Assembly (NCBI GenBank): GCA_040768445.1
Contig: JAXGMV010000001.1
Span: 1,152,749 to 1,216,748 of the forward strand
Direction of reading: 5' to 3'
Length of the DNA: 64,000 nucleotides
Source: Anaerolineaceae bacterium
GTDB taxonomy: Bacteria; Chloroflexota; Anaerolineae; Anaerolineales; Anaerolineaceae
The notes under the pieces are model-generated. The model was not told the DNA's origin. It did no database searches and was given only the letters and a program-made list of their open reading frames with translations. Of this stretch, positions 55,255 to 64,000 are shown in pieces. A program made the translations under genes and the position numbers. Numbering within the stretch: the first letter of the stretch is position 1; every line of letters starts with the position of its first letter.

Positions 55255-55321
55255 CGGCGTCCTGACGCCGACCGGTTGAAAGTTAACCGGCACGGTTCAG
55301 CGGCAATCCAGTGGTACACAC

Positions 55322-55359
55322 CACCGGTTGGCTCCCTGTGATGCCAGCCGGTGATTTTT
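55322..55359 (+). terminator. Intrinsic terminator inside the leader, 22 nt upstream of the ABC ATPase start
   Basis: CACCGGTTGGC-TCCCTGTGAT-GCCAGCCGGTG (11 bp including one G-U) followed by ATTTTT. Confidence 0.7.
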
Positions 55360-55380
55360 ACCAACAAAAGGAGGCCGCTG

Positions 55381-56271
55381 ATGCTTTACAAAGCCATCCG
55401 CACTGAAAACCTGACAAAGCACTACGGGCAGAACGTCTATGGCGTTCGTGACCTGGCGCTTGAAGTTGAATCTGGCGAGATATTTGGTTTGCTGGGCCTG
55501 AAAGGCGCCGGCAAGACCACCTTGGTGCGCCTGCTGCTGGATTACATTCGTCCCACTTCGGGCACGGCAGTTGTACTGGGTATGGAGACAGCCGGTAAAG
55601 GCGTTAGCATCCGGCGCATGGTGGGACACTTACCAGCGCAGTCGATGTTGTTTGATCATTTGTCGATTGAGCATGCCCTGCGGCTGGTCGCCAAACTGCG
55701 CGGCAGAGGCGACTGGTCTTACACCTGCGACCTGCTGAATGAGTTTGGATTGGATCTCAAGCAGCGCATTGGTTCGCTGAAAGCTTTGGATAAACGCAAA
55801 CTGGCATTGGTGCAGGCATTCATGTCGCAGCCCGAGTTGTATATCCTGGATGAGCCGTTGAAAGGTTTGGACGCCCATAGTACGGAGATCTTTTACCGGC
55901 TGGTGAAAGAGGTACGCAGCGGCACTGGAACGTTACTGTTTACATCAACTTCGGTCAGCGAGGTGGAGCGGGTTTGTGACAGGGTGGGATGGTTGAAGAA
56001 CGGCAGTATGGCTGGCATTGAACGGACTATTCAACTGCGCTCCAGGACGATACGGGAGGTTGAGATGGAGTTCTCACAGCCCGTTCCTGATAAGATCTTT
56101 GCCGGGCTGCCCAATTTGACCGATCTGTCAGTACAGGGCAGGCGCCTGCACTGCCGAGTACAGGGCGACATTCGTGAACTGCTCCAGCAGGCTAACCGCT
56201 ATGCTGTCTTATCCGTCACCAGCCGTATGCCGGGACTGGAGGATATGATGACCGGCATCACAATTTCTTGA
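55381..56271 (+). CDS. ABC transporter ATP-binding protein (ABC-2/DrrA-like) with no adjacent permease
   Basis: GLKGAGKTT Walker A, LYILDEPLKGLD Walker B, C-terminal extra domain. AAAGGAGG RBS before ATG 55381. Confidence 0.85.
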   Translation: MLYKAIRTENLTKHYGQNVYGVRDLALEVESGEIFGLLGLKGAGKTTLVRLLLDYIRPTSGTAVVLGMETAGKGVSIRRMVGHLPAQSMLFDHLSIEHALRLVAKLRGRGDWSYTCDLLNEFGLDLKQRIGSLKALDKRKLALVQAFMSQPELYILDEPLKGLDAHSTEIFYRLVKEVRSGTGTLLFTSTSVSEVERVCDRVGWLKNGSMAGIERTIQLRSRTIREVEMEFSQPVPDKIFAGLPNLTDLSVQGRRLHCRVQGDIRELLQQANRYAVLSVTSRMPGLEDMMTGITIS

Positions 56272-56295
56272 ACGCGCATAACTCAAGCGCCCAGG

Positions 56296-56319
56296 CGGGC
56301 GCTTTTTTTATCCACTTGT
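56296..56319 (+). terminator. Intrinsic terminator
   Basis: AGCGCCC-AGGC-GGGCGCT followed by TTTTTTT. Confidence 0.8.
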
Positions 56320-56415
56320 GGTTTTATGAATAAACGTAAAAGTATTCTATATCTATAATAATGGTACAGAACGAGCTATTCAAATCCGATAGGTGAACAT
56401 AGTGGAGGATGAACC

Positions 56416-57459
56416 ATGACAGATCACCAGCAAAGGGAAATTACACAGGCAGGCCCATTACTGCAGGCAGATGGCAGCCTGGCCCAGGTCGGCTGGATGC
56501 GCCAGCCACTGTTAGACTGTAATTTGCAAGCAGCGCGGTTTTATAACCTCAAGTTCCTGCAGCCGCTGCGCACCAAGCGCTGGGATTATTACGGCATCAC
56601 CACGCCGACACACTTTTTCTCCTTCACCCTGTCAGACATCGGTTATCTGAACATGGTGTTTGCCTACGTGGTGGATTTTGTAAACAAAACGCATCACGAG
56701 GAAACACTGACACTGCCGCTCTCAAAGGCGGTTACACTGCCGCGCAGCAGCGCCGCTGGCGTGAGCAGTTTTTCAAACAAATCAGCCAGCATGGTCTTCA
56801 CAGCTGAAGAAGGCCGGCGGCTGGTTTCTGTGCAGTGGCCAAAGTTTGAGGGCAGCGGTTTGCATGCTGACCTTGTTCTGCTGGAGCCGGAAGGACAGGA
56901 GTCCATGACCATCGTCATACCAATTGAGGAGCGGCGCTTCTATTACAACCGCAAGATCAACTGCATGCCGGCCAGCGGGAAGATCTCCTACCAGGGGCGG
57001 ACATTTGAGTTAACACCGGATAAAGCGCTGGGCAACTTGGACTGGGGCAGAGGCGTATGGGCTTACAGCTCATCCTGGGTGTGGGCGAGTTGCTCCGGCT
57101 TCCTGTCTGATGGGCGCACCATCGGGCTCAACCTGGGTTACGGATTTGGCGACAACTCTGCTGCCACCGAGAATGCCGTGATACTGGATGGGCGGGTGCA
57201 TAAGCTTGGGCAGGTGGATTTCAGCTACAGCTCAAAAGACTTCATGCAGGCATGGCACATGCACAGCCCGGACGGCAGGCTTGACCTGATCTTTGAACCG
57301 TTTTACGAGCGCGTGGTGCGTACCGATGTCAAACTGCTTTACAGCGAGGTGCACCAGATTTTCGGCAGGTACAGTGGGCAATTTACCAGTGACAGCGGTG
57401 AAAAAGTGAGTCTTGATGGCTTGGCGGGTTTTGCCGAGGAACATCACGCCCGCTGGTAG
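56416..57459 (+). CDS. DUF2804 domain protein
   Basis: G....Q.GW.R.PL..CNL......K....L...RWDYY.I....FF.SFT..D.GY pattern of DUF2804. Confidence 0.75.
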   Translation: MTDHQQREITQAGPLLQADGSLAQVGWMRQPLLDCNLQAARFYNLKFLQPLRTKRWDYYGITTPTHFFSFTLSDIGYLNMVFAYVVDFVNKTHHEETLTLPLSKAVTLPRSSAAGVSSFSNKSASMVFTAEEGRRLVSVQWPKFEGSGLHADLVLLEPEGQESMTIVIPIEERRFYYNRKINCMPASGKISYQGRTFELTPDKALGNLDWGRGVWAYSSSWVWASCSGFLSDGRTIGLNLGYGFGDNSAATENAVILDGRVHKLGQVDFSYSSKDFMQAWHMHSPDGRLDLIFEPFYERVVRTDVKLLYSEVHQIFGRYSGQFTSDSGEKVSLDGLAGFAEEHHARW

Positions 57460-57580
57460 CCGGCTGGCGGAACACCGGCTGGCGAACAAGTTGCCAAAAG
57501 AAGCGCTTTCACTTATACTTTTAGCGCATTATTGCTTCATCTTCGTGGATGATTTTATCAACTTATGGGAGTGAGATCGC

Positions 57581-57814
57581 ATGGAACTGTGGCTATTAGA
57601 CGATACGCTGCACATAAAGATTTTCTTCGAAGATACTGACCAGGACTTGCAGGATAATATCTGTGTCTCAATTTTCGAATCCTGTCCGGACGAGGAGCGG
57701 ATTTTGTTGCATGACGAAACCAACATCTACCTGACGCCGGAAGATGCCTGTCGGTTGGCAGAAGCGCTGCTGGCGGCGGCAAGCAAAAGCAACGACTGCA
57801 AAGGACGCGCCTGA
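57581..57814 (+). CDS. Hypothetical small acidic protein
   Basis: ORF with GGGAG upstream. No family recognised. Confidence 0.35.
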   Translation: MELWLLDDTLHIKIFFEDTDQDLQDNICVSIFESCPDEERILLHDETNIYLTPEDACRLAEALLAAASKSNDCKGRA

Positions 57815-57895
57815 GCCAGCAGACAGCTGTAATTGTTCTTCCCTGCTGTATTATCGATTACAGCCAGATTATCTTTTATTGATTGAGATGCCTTT

Positions 57896-59125
57896 ATGAG
57901 AATATTTGAAAACGTATTGGATGAGGAAACACAGCAGGACGCATTTATTACAAACGAAGAGACCTTTCAGACAACACCGGTGGTCACCATCGGTGTTACA
58001 CATGCCATTCACGACAGCTACTTTGCTTTTTTACCGGCACTCCTGCCGGTATTGGTCGCAAACCTCAGCCTGACCAAAACCCTGGCGGGCTTGCTTTCAG
58101 TCTTCACACAGCTGCCGTCGTTGATACAACCGTTTGTGGGCTATGCAGCTGACCGGGTGAGTCTGCGCTATGTGGTCATCCTGGCGCCGGCAGTATCGGG
58201 CGCGCTGCTCAGCCTGTTGGGTTCCTCCAATAACTATGCTGTTCTGGCGTTCCTGCTGCTGGCGGCTGGCACGAGTTCAGCCGCTTTTCACTCCGTGGGG
58301 CCTGTCATCACAGGCTATGTCTCAGGCAGAAGCCTGGGGCGCGGTATGAGCATCTGGATGATGGGTGGAGAGTTTGGGCGCTTCCTGGGACCGGTGATTG
58401 TCGTTACCGCCATCGGTGCCCTGACAATCAAGGGGCTGCCCTGGCTGATGTTGGGCGGTATCGCTACATCTGTGGCGCTGTACTTCCTGCTTAAGGATGT
58501 GCAGGATCGGCCGAAGATCAGCCGGCAGCTGACCGGTGAACGCGTGGATCTGCGCATCTTTGTGCCTATCATGCTGCCAATCTGGGCAATCAGTGCGGCG
58601 CGCGCCCTTCTGGCAACGGTTTTTAACACCTACCTGCCGCTGTACCTGACCGAACGGGGCTCTCCCCTGTTCGTGGCGGGTGCCTCGTTATCACTGGCAG
58701 CGGCTGCCGGCGTGGTTGGCGCATTGATCAGCGGCTCACTCAGCGACCGCTTAAACCGAAAAACAGTACTGGGGGTGACGATAGTACTCTCTTTTATCTC
58801 TACTGTGCTTTTCCTGCTATCCAGCGGATGGGCCTACCTGCCAACACTTTTGCTAATGGGTTTCAGCGTGCTTTCGACCACGCCCGTGGTGATGGCCATT
58901 GTGCAAGAATTTCATCCGGCACACCGTGCCCTTGCTAATGGCATCTACATGGCGCTGTCTTTCATCACCAATGCTGCCGCCATCCTGGCAATGGGTATGC
59001 TGGGCGACAGGTTTGGCTTGCATACATCCTTTATGATTGCAGCCTTCGCGGTTTTACTTGGGCTGCCTTTTGTGCTGATGCTCCCTAAGGATAGAAAACA
59101 GGCAGGCACAGCAGTAAAAAGTTAA
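57896..59125 (+). CDS. MFS transporter
   Basis: 12 hydrophobic segments, GYAADRVSLR-type loop 2-3 motif. Confidence 0.8.
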   Translation: MRIFENVLDEETQQDAFITNEETFQTTPVVTIGVTHAIHDSYFAFLPALLPVLVANLSLTKTLAGLLSVFTQLPSLIQPFVGYAADRVSLRYVVILAPAVSGALLSLLGSSNNYAVLAFLLLAAGTSSAAFHSVGPVITGYVSGRSLGRGMSIWMMGGEFGRFLGPVIVVTAIGALTIKGLPWLMLGGIATSVALYFLLKDVQDRPKISRQLTGERVDLRIFVPIMLPIWAISAARALLATVFNTYLPLYLTERGSPLFVAGASLSLAAAAGVVGALISGSLSDRLNRKTVLGVTIVLSFISTVLFLLSSGWAYLPTLLLMGFSVLSTTPVVMAIVQEFHPAHRALANGIYMALSFITNAAAILAMGMLGDRFGLHTSFMIAAFAVLLGLPFVLMLPKDRKQAGTAVKS

Positions 59126-59158
59126 ACGGTACCTCAGATTAACTCAAAGGAGTAACTT

Positions 59159-60913
59159 ATGTCGGACGAAACACTTGAACTGGCTGGAGCGGTTGACCGC
59201 CCCGGTGGTGTTGCCCTTGACCAAAGCAAGCAGCTGGACTTAATGTGGGGCGTCAAAATTCCTGTGCGAGATGGCACCCTGCTGAATGCCACGATTTTCA
59301 AACCAAAAAATGCTGCCCACCCGGTGCCGGCGATTTTTACACTGACCCCGTATATTTCAGACACTTATCATGAGCGCGGTATCTACTTCGCCCAACACGA
59401 TTACGCCTTTGCGCTGGTGGATGTGCGCGGACGCGGCAACTCGCAGGGTGAGTTTGAGCCGATGGTCAACGAGGCGCGTGATGGTTACGACATAACTGAG
59501 TGGCTGGCAAAACAGCCCTGGTGTGACGGGCAGGTGACCATGTGGGGCGGTTCCTATGCTGGCTTTAACCAGTGGTCAACTCTCAAGGAGTTTCCACCGC
59601 ACATGAAAACTATCGTGCCTGTCGCATCCGGCTTCCCGAGCGTGGATTTTCCCTTTCCCAAGAATATCGGCGCCAGCTATTTCATGCAGTGGCTCACCTA
59701 CACCAGCGGTGTGACTGGCAATACCAACCTGTTTGCTGAAGCGGATTTCTGGACACAGAAGTTCATGGAGATGTACGTCAACCACCTGCCGTTCAAGGAT
59801 CTCGACAAAATTTCAGGAAACACCAGTACGCACTTTCAAACCTGGCTCAAGCACCGCGGACCGAGTCCATACTGGGATGCGATGAACCCAACCGAAGCGG
59901 ATTATGCCCGTTTCAATGTGCCGATACTGACCATCACCGGGCATTATGACGGCGATCAAAATGGCGCCATGGGGCTTTATAAGCTGCATATGGCACACGG
60001 CAGACCGGAGGCAATCAGGGCGCATTACCTGGTCATCGGTCCGTGGGATCACGCCGGTACACGCACACCGCGCAAGTCTTTCGGCGGACTGACCTTTGGG
60101 GATGCCTCACTGGTGGATATGAATGCCCTGCACAAGGAGTGGTATGACTGGACCATGAAAGGCGGACCAAAGCCTGAATTTCTAAAAGACCGGGTGGCAT
60201 ATTACGTAGCCGGCACCGAGACCTGGAAATATGCACCCAGTTTGGAAGAGATGACGGCAGAGATGCGCCCGTACTTCCTGCATGCACCCACAGATGGCGC
60301 AGGTGATGCTTTTCACTCAGGTCACTTGCTGACCGAGCTGTCGGATTCACAGCCGGATGTGTTTACTTATGACCCGCTCGATACCCGCCCGGGCGTTGAT
60401 CTTGAGAGCGAGCTGGTGCTCAAGCCCTATACCGACCAGCGCTTTGCGCTCAACCTGTATGGTGCCGGTGTGGTGTTCCACACTGAACCGTTTGATGAAG
60501 CGGTTGAACTGAGCGGCTACACCAGGCTGCATGCCTGGATGTCGCTGGACGTGCCGGATACCGACTTTGCGGTTGACCTGTATGAAATCTTCAAAGATGG
60601 GTCTTCCATCCTGCTGACATCGGATATCCTGCGCGCCCGCTACCGCAAAGGCACGCGCCATGAAGAGTTGATTGTGCCCGGTGAAATCAACGAGTATGTC
60701 TTTGACGCCTTCACGCTGTTTTGCCGGCAGATCAGTAAGGGCAGCCGGCTGCGGCTGGTGATAAAGTGTAACAACACCCCCCAGGCGGAAAAGAACTATA
60801 ACGCCGGCGGCAGGGTGGAAGAGGAAAGCGGTGCGGATGCCCGTACAGCTACCATTACCCTGTACCATGACAGCCAATACCCCAGCCGGCTGGAACTGCC
60901 CATCGGCAGGTAA
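59159..60913 (+). CDS. CocE/NonD family hydrolase (S15 X-Pro dipeptidyl-peptidase-like)
   Basis: Y..HDYAFALVDVRGRGNSQGEF, MWGGSYAG nucleophile region, C-terminal beta-sandwich domain. Confidence 0.85.
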   Translation: MSDETLELAGAVDRPGGVALDQSKQLDLMWGVKIPVRDGTLLNATIFKPKNAAHPVPAIFTLTPYISDTYHERGIYFAQHDYAFALVDVRGRGNSQGEFEPMVNEARDGYDITEWLAKQPWCDGQVTMWGGSYAGFNQWSTLKEFPPHMKTIVPVASGFPSVDFPFPKNIGASYFMQWLTYTSGVTGNTNLFAEADFWTQKFMEMYVNHLPFKDLDKISGNTSTHFQTWLKHRGPSPYWDAMNPTEADYARFNVPILTITGHYDGDQNGAMGLYKLHMAHGRPEAIRAHYLVIGPWDHAGTRTPRKSFGGLTFGDASLVDMNALHKEWYDWTMKGGPKPEFLKDRVAYYVAGTETWKYAPSLEEMTAEMRPYFLHAPTDGAGDAFHSGHLLTELSDSQPDVFTYDPLDTRPGVDLESELVLKPYTDQRFALNLYGAGVVFHTEPFDEAVELSGYTRLHAWMSLDVPDTDFAVDLYEIFKDGSSILLTSDILRARYRKGTRHEELIVPGEINEYVFDAFTLFCRQISKGSRLRLVIKCNNTPQAEKNYNAGGRVEEESGADARTATITLYHDSQYPSRLELPIGR

Positions 60914-60923
60914 AGAGATTAGC

Positions 60924-61682
60924 ATGATAGAACCTGAATTTGACCGGCTGGTGTCAGAAGCGCTTGAGCATCAGTTCAGCGGCTGGGATTTCTCCTGGCT
61001 GAAGGAGCGCTGGATCTCCGGTGAGACGCCCTGGGACTACCGGGCGGAAGTGGTAACACGCCTGCCCGGTGTAAAGCGCCTGCTGGACATGGGCACCGGC
61101 GGCGGCGAGTTTCTTGCCAGTTTGCCGGGTTTACCAAAATTTGTCACTGCCACGGAAGGGTACATACCCAACGTGGGTGTGGCAGGAAAGCGTCTGCATC
61201 CGCTGGGCATCAGCGTTGTCGGGGTTGAGGGAGATGAAGATCGCCTGCCATTTGCCGGTGGCAGCTTTGACCTGGTCATCAACCGGCATGAATCTTTTGA
61301 GGGGCTTGAACTGGCGCGCATCCTTGTGCCCGGCGGCATGTTTCTCAGCCAGCAGGTGGGCGGGCGCGACAACAGCGAGCTCAACCGTGTCCTGGCGCCT
61401 GAGACGCTGCCGCAGTACAACGATCAGAGCCTGCAGTTTCACATCAATGTTCTGCAGTCTGCCGGGCTTGAGATTCTGGACGCACGTGAAGCCTATATTC
61501 CTGAGCTGTTCAAGGATATCGGTACGGTGGTGTTCTACCTGAAGATCATCACCTGGCAGATACCGGGTTTTGCCGTTGAGGACAACCTCGACCGGTTGTA
61601 TACGCTGCATAAGCAGATGCAGGCTGACGGTGGTTTCAAGTCCTTCAGCCACAGGCTGCTGTTGCGTGCAGTCAGACATTGA
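60924..61682 (+). CDS. Class I SAM-dependent methyltransferase
   Basis: LLDMGTGGGEF (motif I), FDLVINRHE. ATG 60924 inside track ORF 60831-61682. Confidence 0.75.
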   Translation: MIEPEFDRLVSEALEHQFSGWDFSWLKERWISGETPWDYRAEVVTRLPGVKRLLDMGTGGGEFLASLPGLPKFVTATEGYIPNVGVAGKRLHPLGISVVGVEGDEDRLPFAGGSFDLVINRHESFEGLELARILVPGGMFLSQQVGGRDNSELNRVLAPETLPQYNDQSLQFHINVLQSAGLEILDAREAYIPELFKDIGTVVFYLKIITWQIPGFAVEDNLDRLYTLHKQMQADGGFKSFSHRLLLRAVRH

Positions 61683-61686
61683 AAGG

Positions 61687-62310
61687 ATGCTCACGATGAC
61701 CGATTGGTTGGATAATGCTTTAATTATTCTCTTGGTATTCGCCGTATATGCCGTCCTGCATTCCTTGATGGCGTCCCTGCGGGCGAAAGCGCTGGCTGAG
61801 CAGTGGTTTGGTATCAATACCCGGCGCTGGTACCGGCTGGGCTTTGTGGTGATCGTCACCATCACGTTTCTGCCAGTATTGGGGTTTACTGTGCTGCTGC
61901 CGGCTAAGACGCTTTATATCATCCCTGTGCCGTGGGTGATTGGCACCATCCTACTGCAAATATTGGCAGTGATGGGCGTTCTGATCGTCGTTGGGCAAAC
62001 CGGCGCTTCCCGCTTTTTGGGCTTTGACCAGCTGTCAGAGCCGGCTGAGCGGGCACACCCGCCGGATTTTGTTGCCCACGGCTGGTATGCGCATGTGCGG
62101 CACCCGCTCTACTTATTCGGGCTTGTAATCCTTTGGCTGATGCCTTTGATGACCACCAACATCCTGGCACTGAACCTGGGTGTGACAGCCTATTTCCTGG
62201 TTGGATCCATCTTTGAAGAAAACAAACTTTTGCACGAATTCGGCGACGTGTACCACCGCTACCGGCAAACAGTGCCGCGCCTGATCCCCCGGCTGAAGCG
62301 GCAGCAGTAA
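61687..62310 (+). CDS. Membrane methyltransferase family protein (ICMT/PEMT-like)
   Basis: Polytopic. GWYAHVRHPLYLFG and EENKLLHEFGDVYHRYRQTVP motifs. ATG 61687 after GAAAGGA, 4 nt downstream of the previous stop. Confidence 0.65.
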   Translation: MLTMTDWLDNALIILLVFAVYAVLHSLMASLRAKALAEQWFGINTRRWYRLGFVVIVTITFLPVLGFTVLLPAKTLYIIPVPWVIGTILLQILAVMGVLIVVGQTGASRFLGFDQLSEPAERAHPPDFVAHGWYAHVRHPLYLFGLVILWLMPLMTTNILALNLGVTAYFLVGSIFEENKLLHEFGDVYHRYRQTVPRLIPRLKRQQ

Positions 62311-62425
62311 ACATACCCTGCAAGACACCAGTCTCTTTTGCTTCTAAAAACAAGCTCTTAACTCTATACTACATTTATCATTTCATATTTTGCTGGATAA
62401 TTTTTTCCGGCAGCATACCTGAAAA

Positions 62426-64000
62426 ATGCCCTTACTCTGGCTGTCTATTTCATTTTTCATTGGGCTGATTGCCGCTTCCACACTGGCAGTTCATTGGTGG
62501 TGGTGGGCGTTGGCTGCTGCACTCTCAGCGCTGCTGGTCTGGCTGGAAATCCGCCGATCTCCCACCAACGAACGTTACACCTTCTGGCGTGTTTACAGCA
62601 AGGTGCCGGCTGCTGCCCTGTTGGTCAGCTTCTTTATCGGTTGTGTACTGTTTTCTGTCGCACAATACAAGGCATCAAACAAACCCTTATCCCGGTATGC
62701 CGATGGCGGTCTTTATCGCATGGAGGGGCAGGTGGTCAGTATGCCGGAGCCCGGCCTCAACAGCACCACCTTTGATATTGAGGTGCGTACAATTGCCTTG
62801 GTGAATGAAGCAGGCAACCTGGGCGGTGTGCAGTCGGTTGATGGTAGGGCACGGGTGACACTGTGGTTTCTGGATGATCTGACCTACGGCAGTCTGGTTA
62901 CACTGCAGGGCAGCCTGCGTGACCCAGCCCAGGCTGTTGATGCCGGGTATGCCCGTTATCTTTCGGTACGCGGTATTGATGTGTTGATCAACGGCACTTC
63001 TCTTGAATCTGTCAAACCGGACAGAGGGAACTTCATTCTGTGGGCTGTTTACCGGCTGCGCAGCCGCGCCTTTGAGCTGATCAACCGCTGGTACCCTCAG
63101 CCTGAAGCATCCCTGCTGGCAGGTATACTGCTGGGCATTGAAAGCACCATCCCGGCGGAGGTGAAAGGCGATTTTCGCGCCAGCGGCCTGACACATTTGA
63201 TTGCCATCTCAGGTTTCAACATTGCCCTGATTGCAGGTTTCCTGACGACTATCAGCCGCCGCTTACTGCCACGCTGGCCGGCGCTGGTTTTCACACTCTT
63301 GGGTATCCTGTTTTATACCCTGCTTGCTGGCGCAGATGCGTCAGTGGTGCGGGCAGCGGTGATGGGCTCTGTTGGCATCATTGGTCACTATCTTGGCAGG
63401 CGGCAGGCCAGCCTCAACACGCTGTGTCTCACAGCCGCTGTGATGGGGGTCTTTCAGCCGTTTGTGATTTACGATATCGGTTTCCAACTATCCTTCCTGG
63501 CCACGCTGGGATTGATCCTGTACGCCGCGCCCATGCAGTCTGCCTTCACCGGCTGGCTGACGCGCTGGATGCCGGCTGAGCGGGCAAGAAAAATTGCCGC
63601 GCCGGTGGGTGAGTATTTACTCTTCACATTGGCGGCACAGCTGACAACCTTCCCGGTAATTGCCTATCATTTTCAACGCTTTTCATTCAGCTCACTGCTG
63701 GCTAACCCGCTGGCGCTGCCGGCACAGCCCTTGCTGATGATCACTGGCGGCCTGTCGGTATTAATTGGGCTGGTTGTGCCTTGGGTAGGTAAACTACTGT
63801 CCTTTTTTGCCTGGCCGCTGGCGGCATACACCATCAAAATCGCTTCTTTGTTCGGATCCATCCGGGGCGGGTTGCTGGTTTTTGAGGATTTTTCTCTTCC
63901 ATTGGTGCTGTTCCTGTACTTACTGCTGGCGGTTCTCACACTGGGCTGGCGCACACTGCCGCGCTTCAAGCCTGCGCTCAGGTCATCCACAGTCATTGCA
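62426..64000 (+). CDS. comEC: ComEC/Rec2 family DNA internalisation channel protein, 3' end outside window
   Basis: Not in the track (no stop within the window). Manual translation gives MPLLWLSISFFIGLIA..., an OB/DUF4131-like region, then RASGLTHLIAISGFNIALIAGF and GADASVVRAAVMG competence-domain motifs. Start coordinate is good to about 1 nt (see rejected notes). Confidence 0.75.
   Translation, partial: MPLLWLSISFFIGLIAASTLAVHWWWWALAAALSALLVWLEIRRSPTNERYTFWRVYSKVPAAALLVSFFIGCVLFSVAQYKASNKPLSRYADGGLYRMEGQVVSMPEPGLNSTTFDIEVRTIALVNEAGNLGGVQSVDGRARVTLWFLDDLTYGSLVTLQGSLRDPAQAVDAGYARYLSVRGIDVLINGTSLESVKPDRGNFILWAVYRLRSRAFELINRWYPQPEASLLAGILLGIESTIPAEVKGDFRASGLTHLIAISGFNIALIAGFLTTISRRLLPRWPALVFTLLGILFYTLLAGADASVVRAAVMGSVGIIGHYLGRRQASLNTLCLTAAVMGVFQPFVIYDIGFQLSFLATLGLILYAAPMQSAFTGWLTRWMPAERARKIAAPVGEYLLFTLAAQLTTFPVIAYHFQRFSFSSLLANPLALPAQPLLMITGGLSVLIGLVVPWVGKLLSFFAWPLAAYTIKIASLFGSIRGGLLVFEDFSLPLVLFLYLLLAVLTLGWRTLPRFKPALRSSTVIA

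Noticed and set aside
55305-55320. T-box-like GUGGUAC just upstream of the leader terminator, and AGUA/GAUAGUAACC motifs at 55093-55120 reminiscent of a Stem I specifier region.
   Set aside because: I could not build the canonical antiterminator with a 7-nt UGGN bulge. GUGGU pairs locally with ACCAC, Stem I would be far too short, and the downstream gene is not an amino-acid-related gene. It is kept only as an unclassified attenuator (see findings).
62354-63200. Apparent 1-nt register discrepancy between my manual base counting and ORF-track coordinates, which at first suggested a comEC frameshift near 63181.
   Set aside because: The track lists no terminated plus-strand ORF of the expected size here, and the minus-strand ORF 62687-63196 translation fits an uninterrupted comEC frame. 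This is most likely my counting error in homopolymer runs, so comEC is treated as intact with a start uncertain by about 1 nt.

Overview
A 64-kb chromosomal segment, GC-rich overall with a few visibly AT-richer patches (about 14.9-15.35 kb, 17.85-18.4 kb, 19.2-20.3 kb, 40.6-45.3 kb, 54.5-55.1 kb). I support about 61 CDS (three are low-confidence small ORFs), one tRNA-Ser(CGA), one FMN (RFN) riboswitch with its own promoter and terminator, several other intrinsic terminators and three near-consensus sigma70-type promoters. Most genes are housekeeping or metabolic: tyrA-like, M50 protease, tsaE-tsaB-rimI, add, rnd, hpt, holB, aminotransferase, flavodiiron protein, comEC, several ABC, MFS and ECF transporters. 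Gene content and the riboswitch-regulated NMT1/THI5-type ABC importer suggest a Chloroflexota-like organism, but this is inference only. I saw no rRNA, CRISPR array, transposase, integrase, reverse transcriptase or recognisable phage genes, and no known defence system. No multi-gene system here is demonstrably new. The best candidates for a second look follow. (1) The FMN riboswitch driving an ABC importer that homology alone would mis-assign. (2) A promoter, PPP-containing uORF, alternative hairpins and terminator leader in front of an orphan ABC ATPase. (3) A membrane-tethered P-loop NTPase-TPR (STAND-like) protein co-transcribed with a methyltransferase. (4) An accessory segment next to tRNA-Ser encoding a 1014-aa zinc-ribbon/TM/lipase-like protein with a compositionally foreign C-terminal domain. 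(5) A low-GC island carrying a fused EcfT-EcfA-EcfA' polypeptide, a putative S component and a 5-formyl-THF cyclo-ligase-like enzyme. All functional calls rest on motif recognition by eye. No database search was run.
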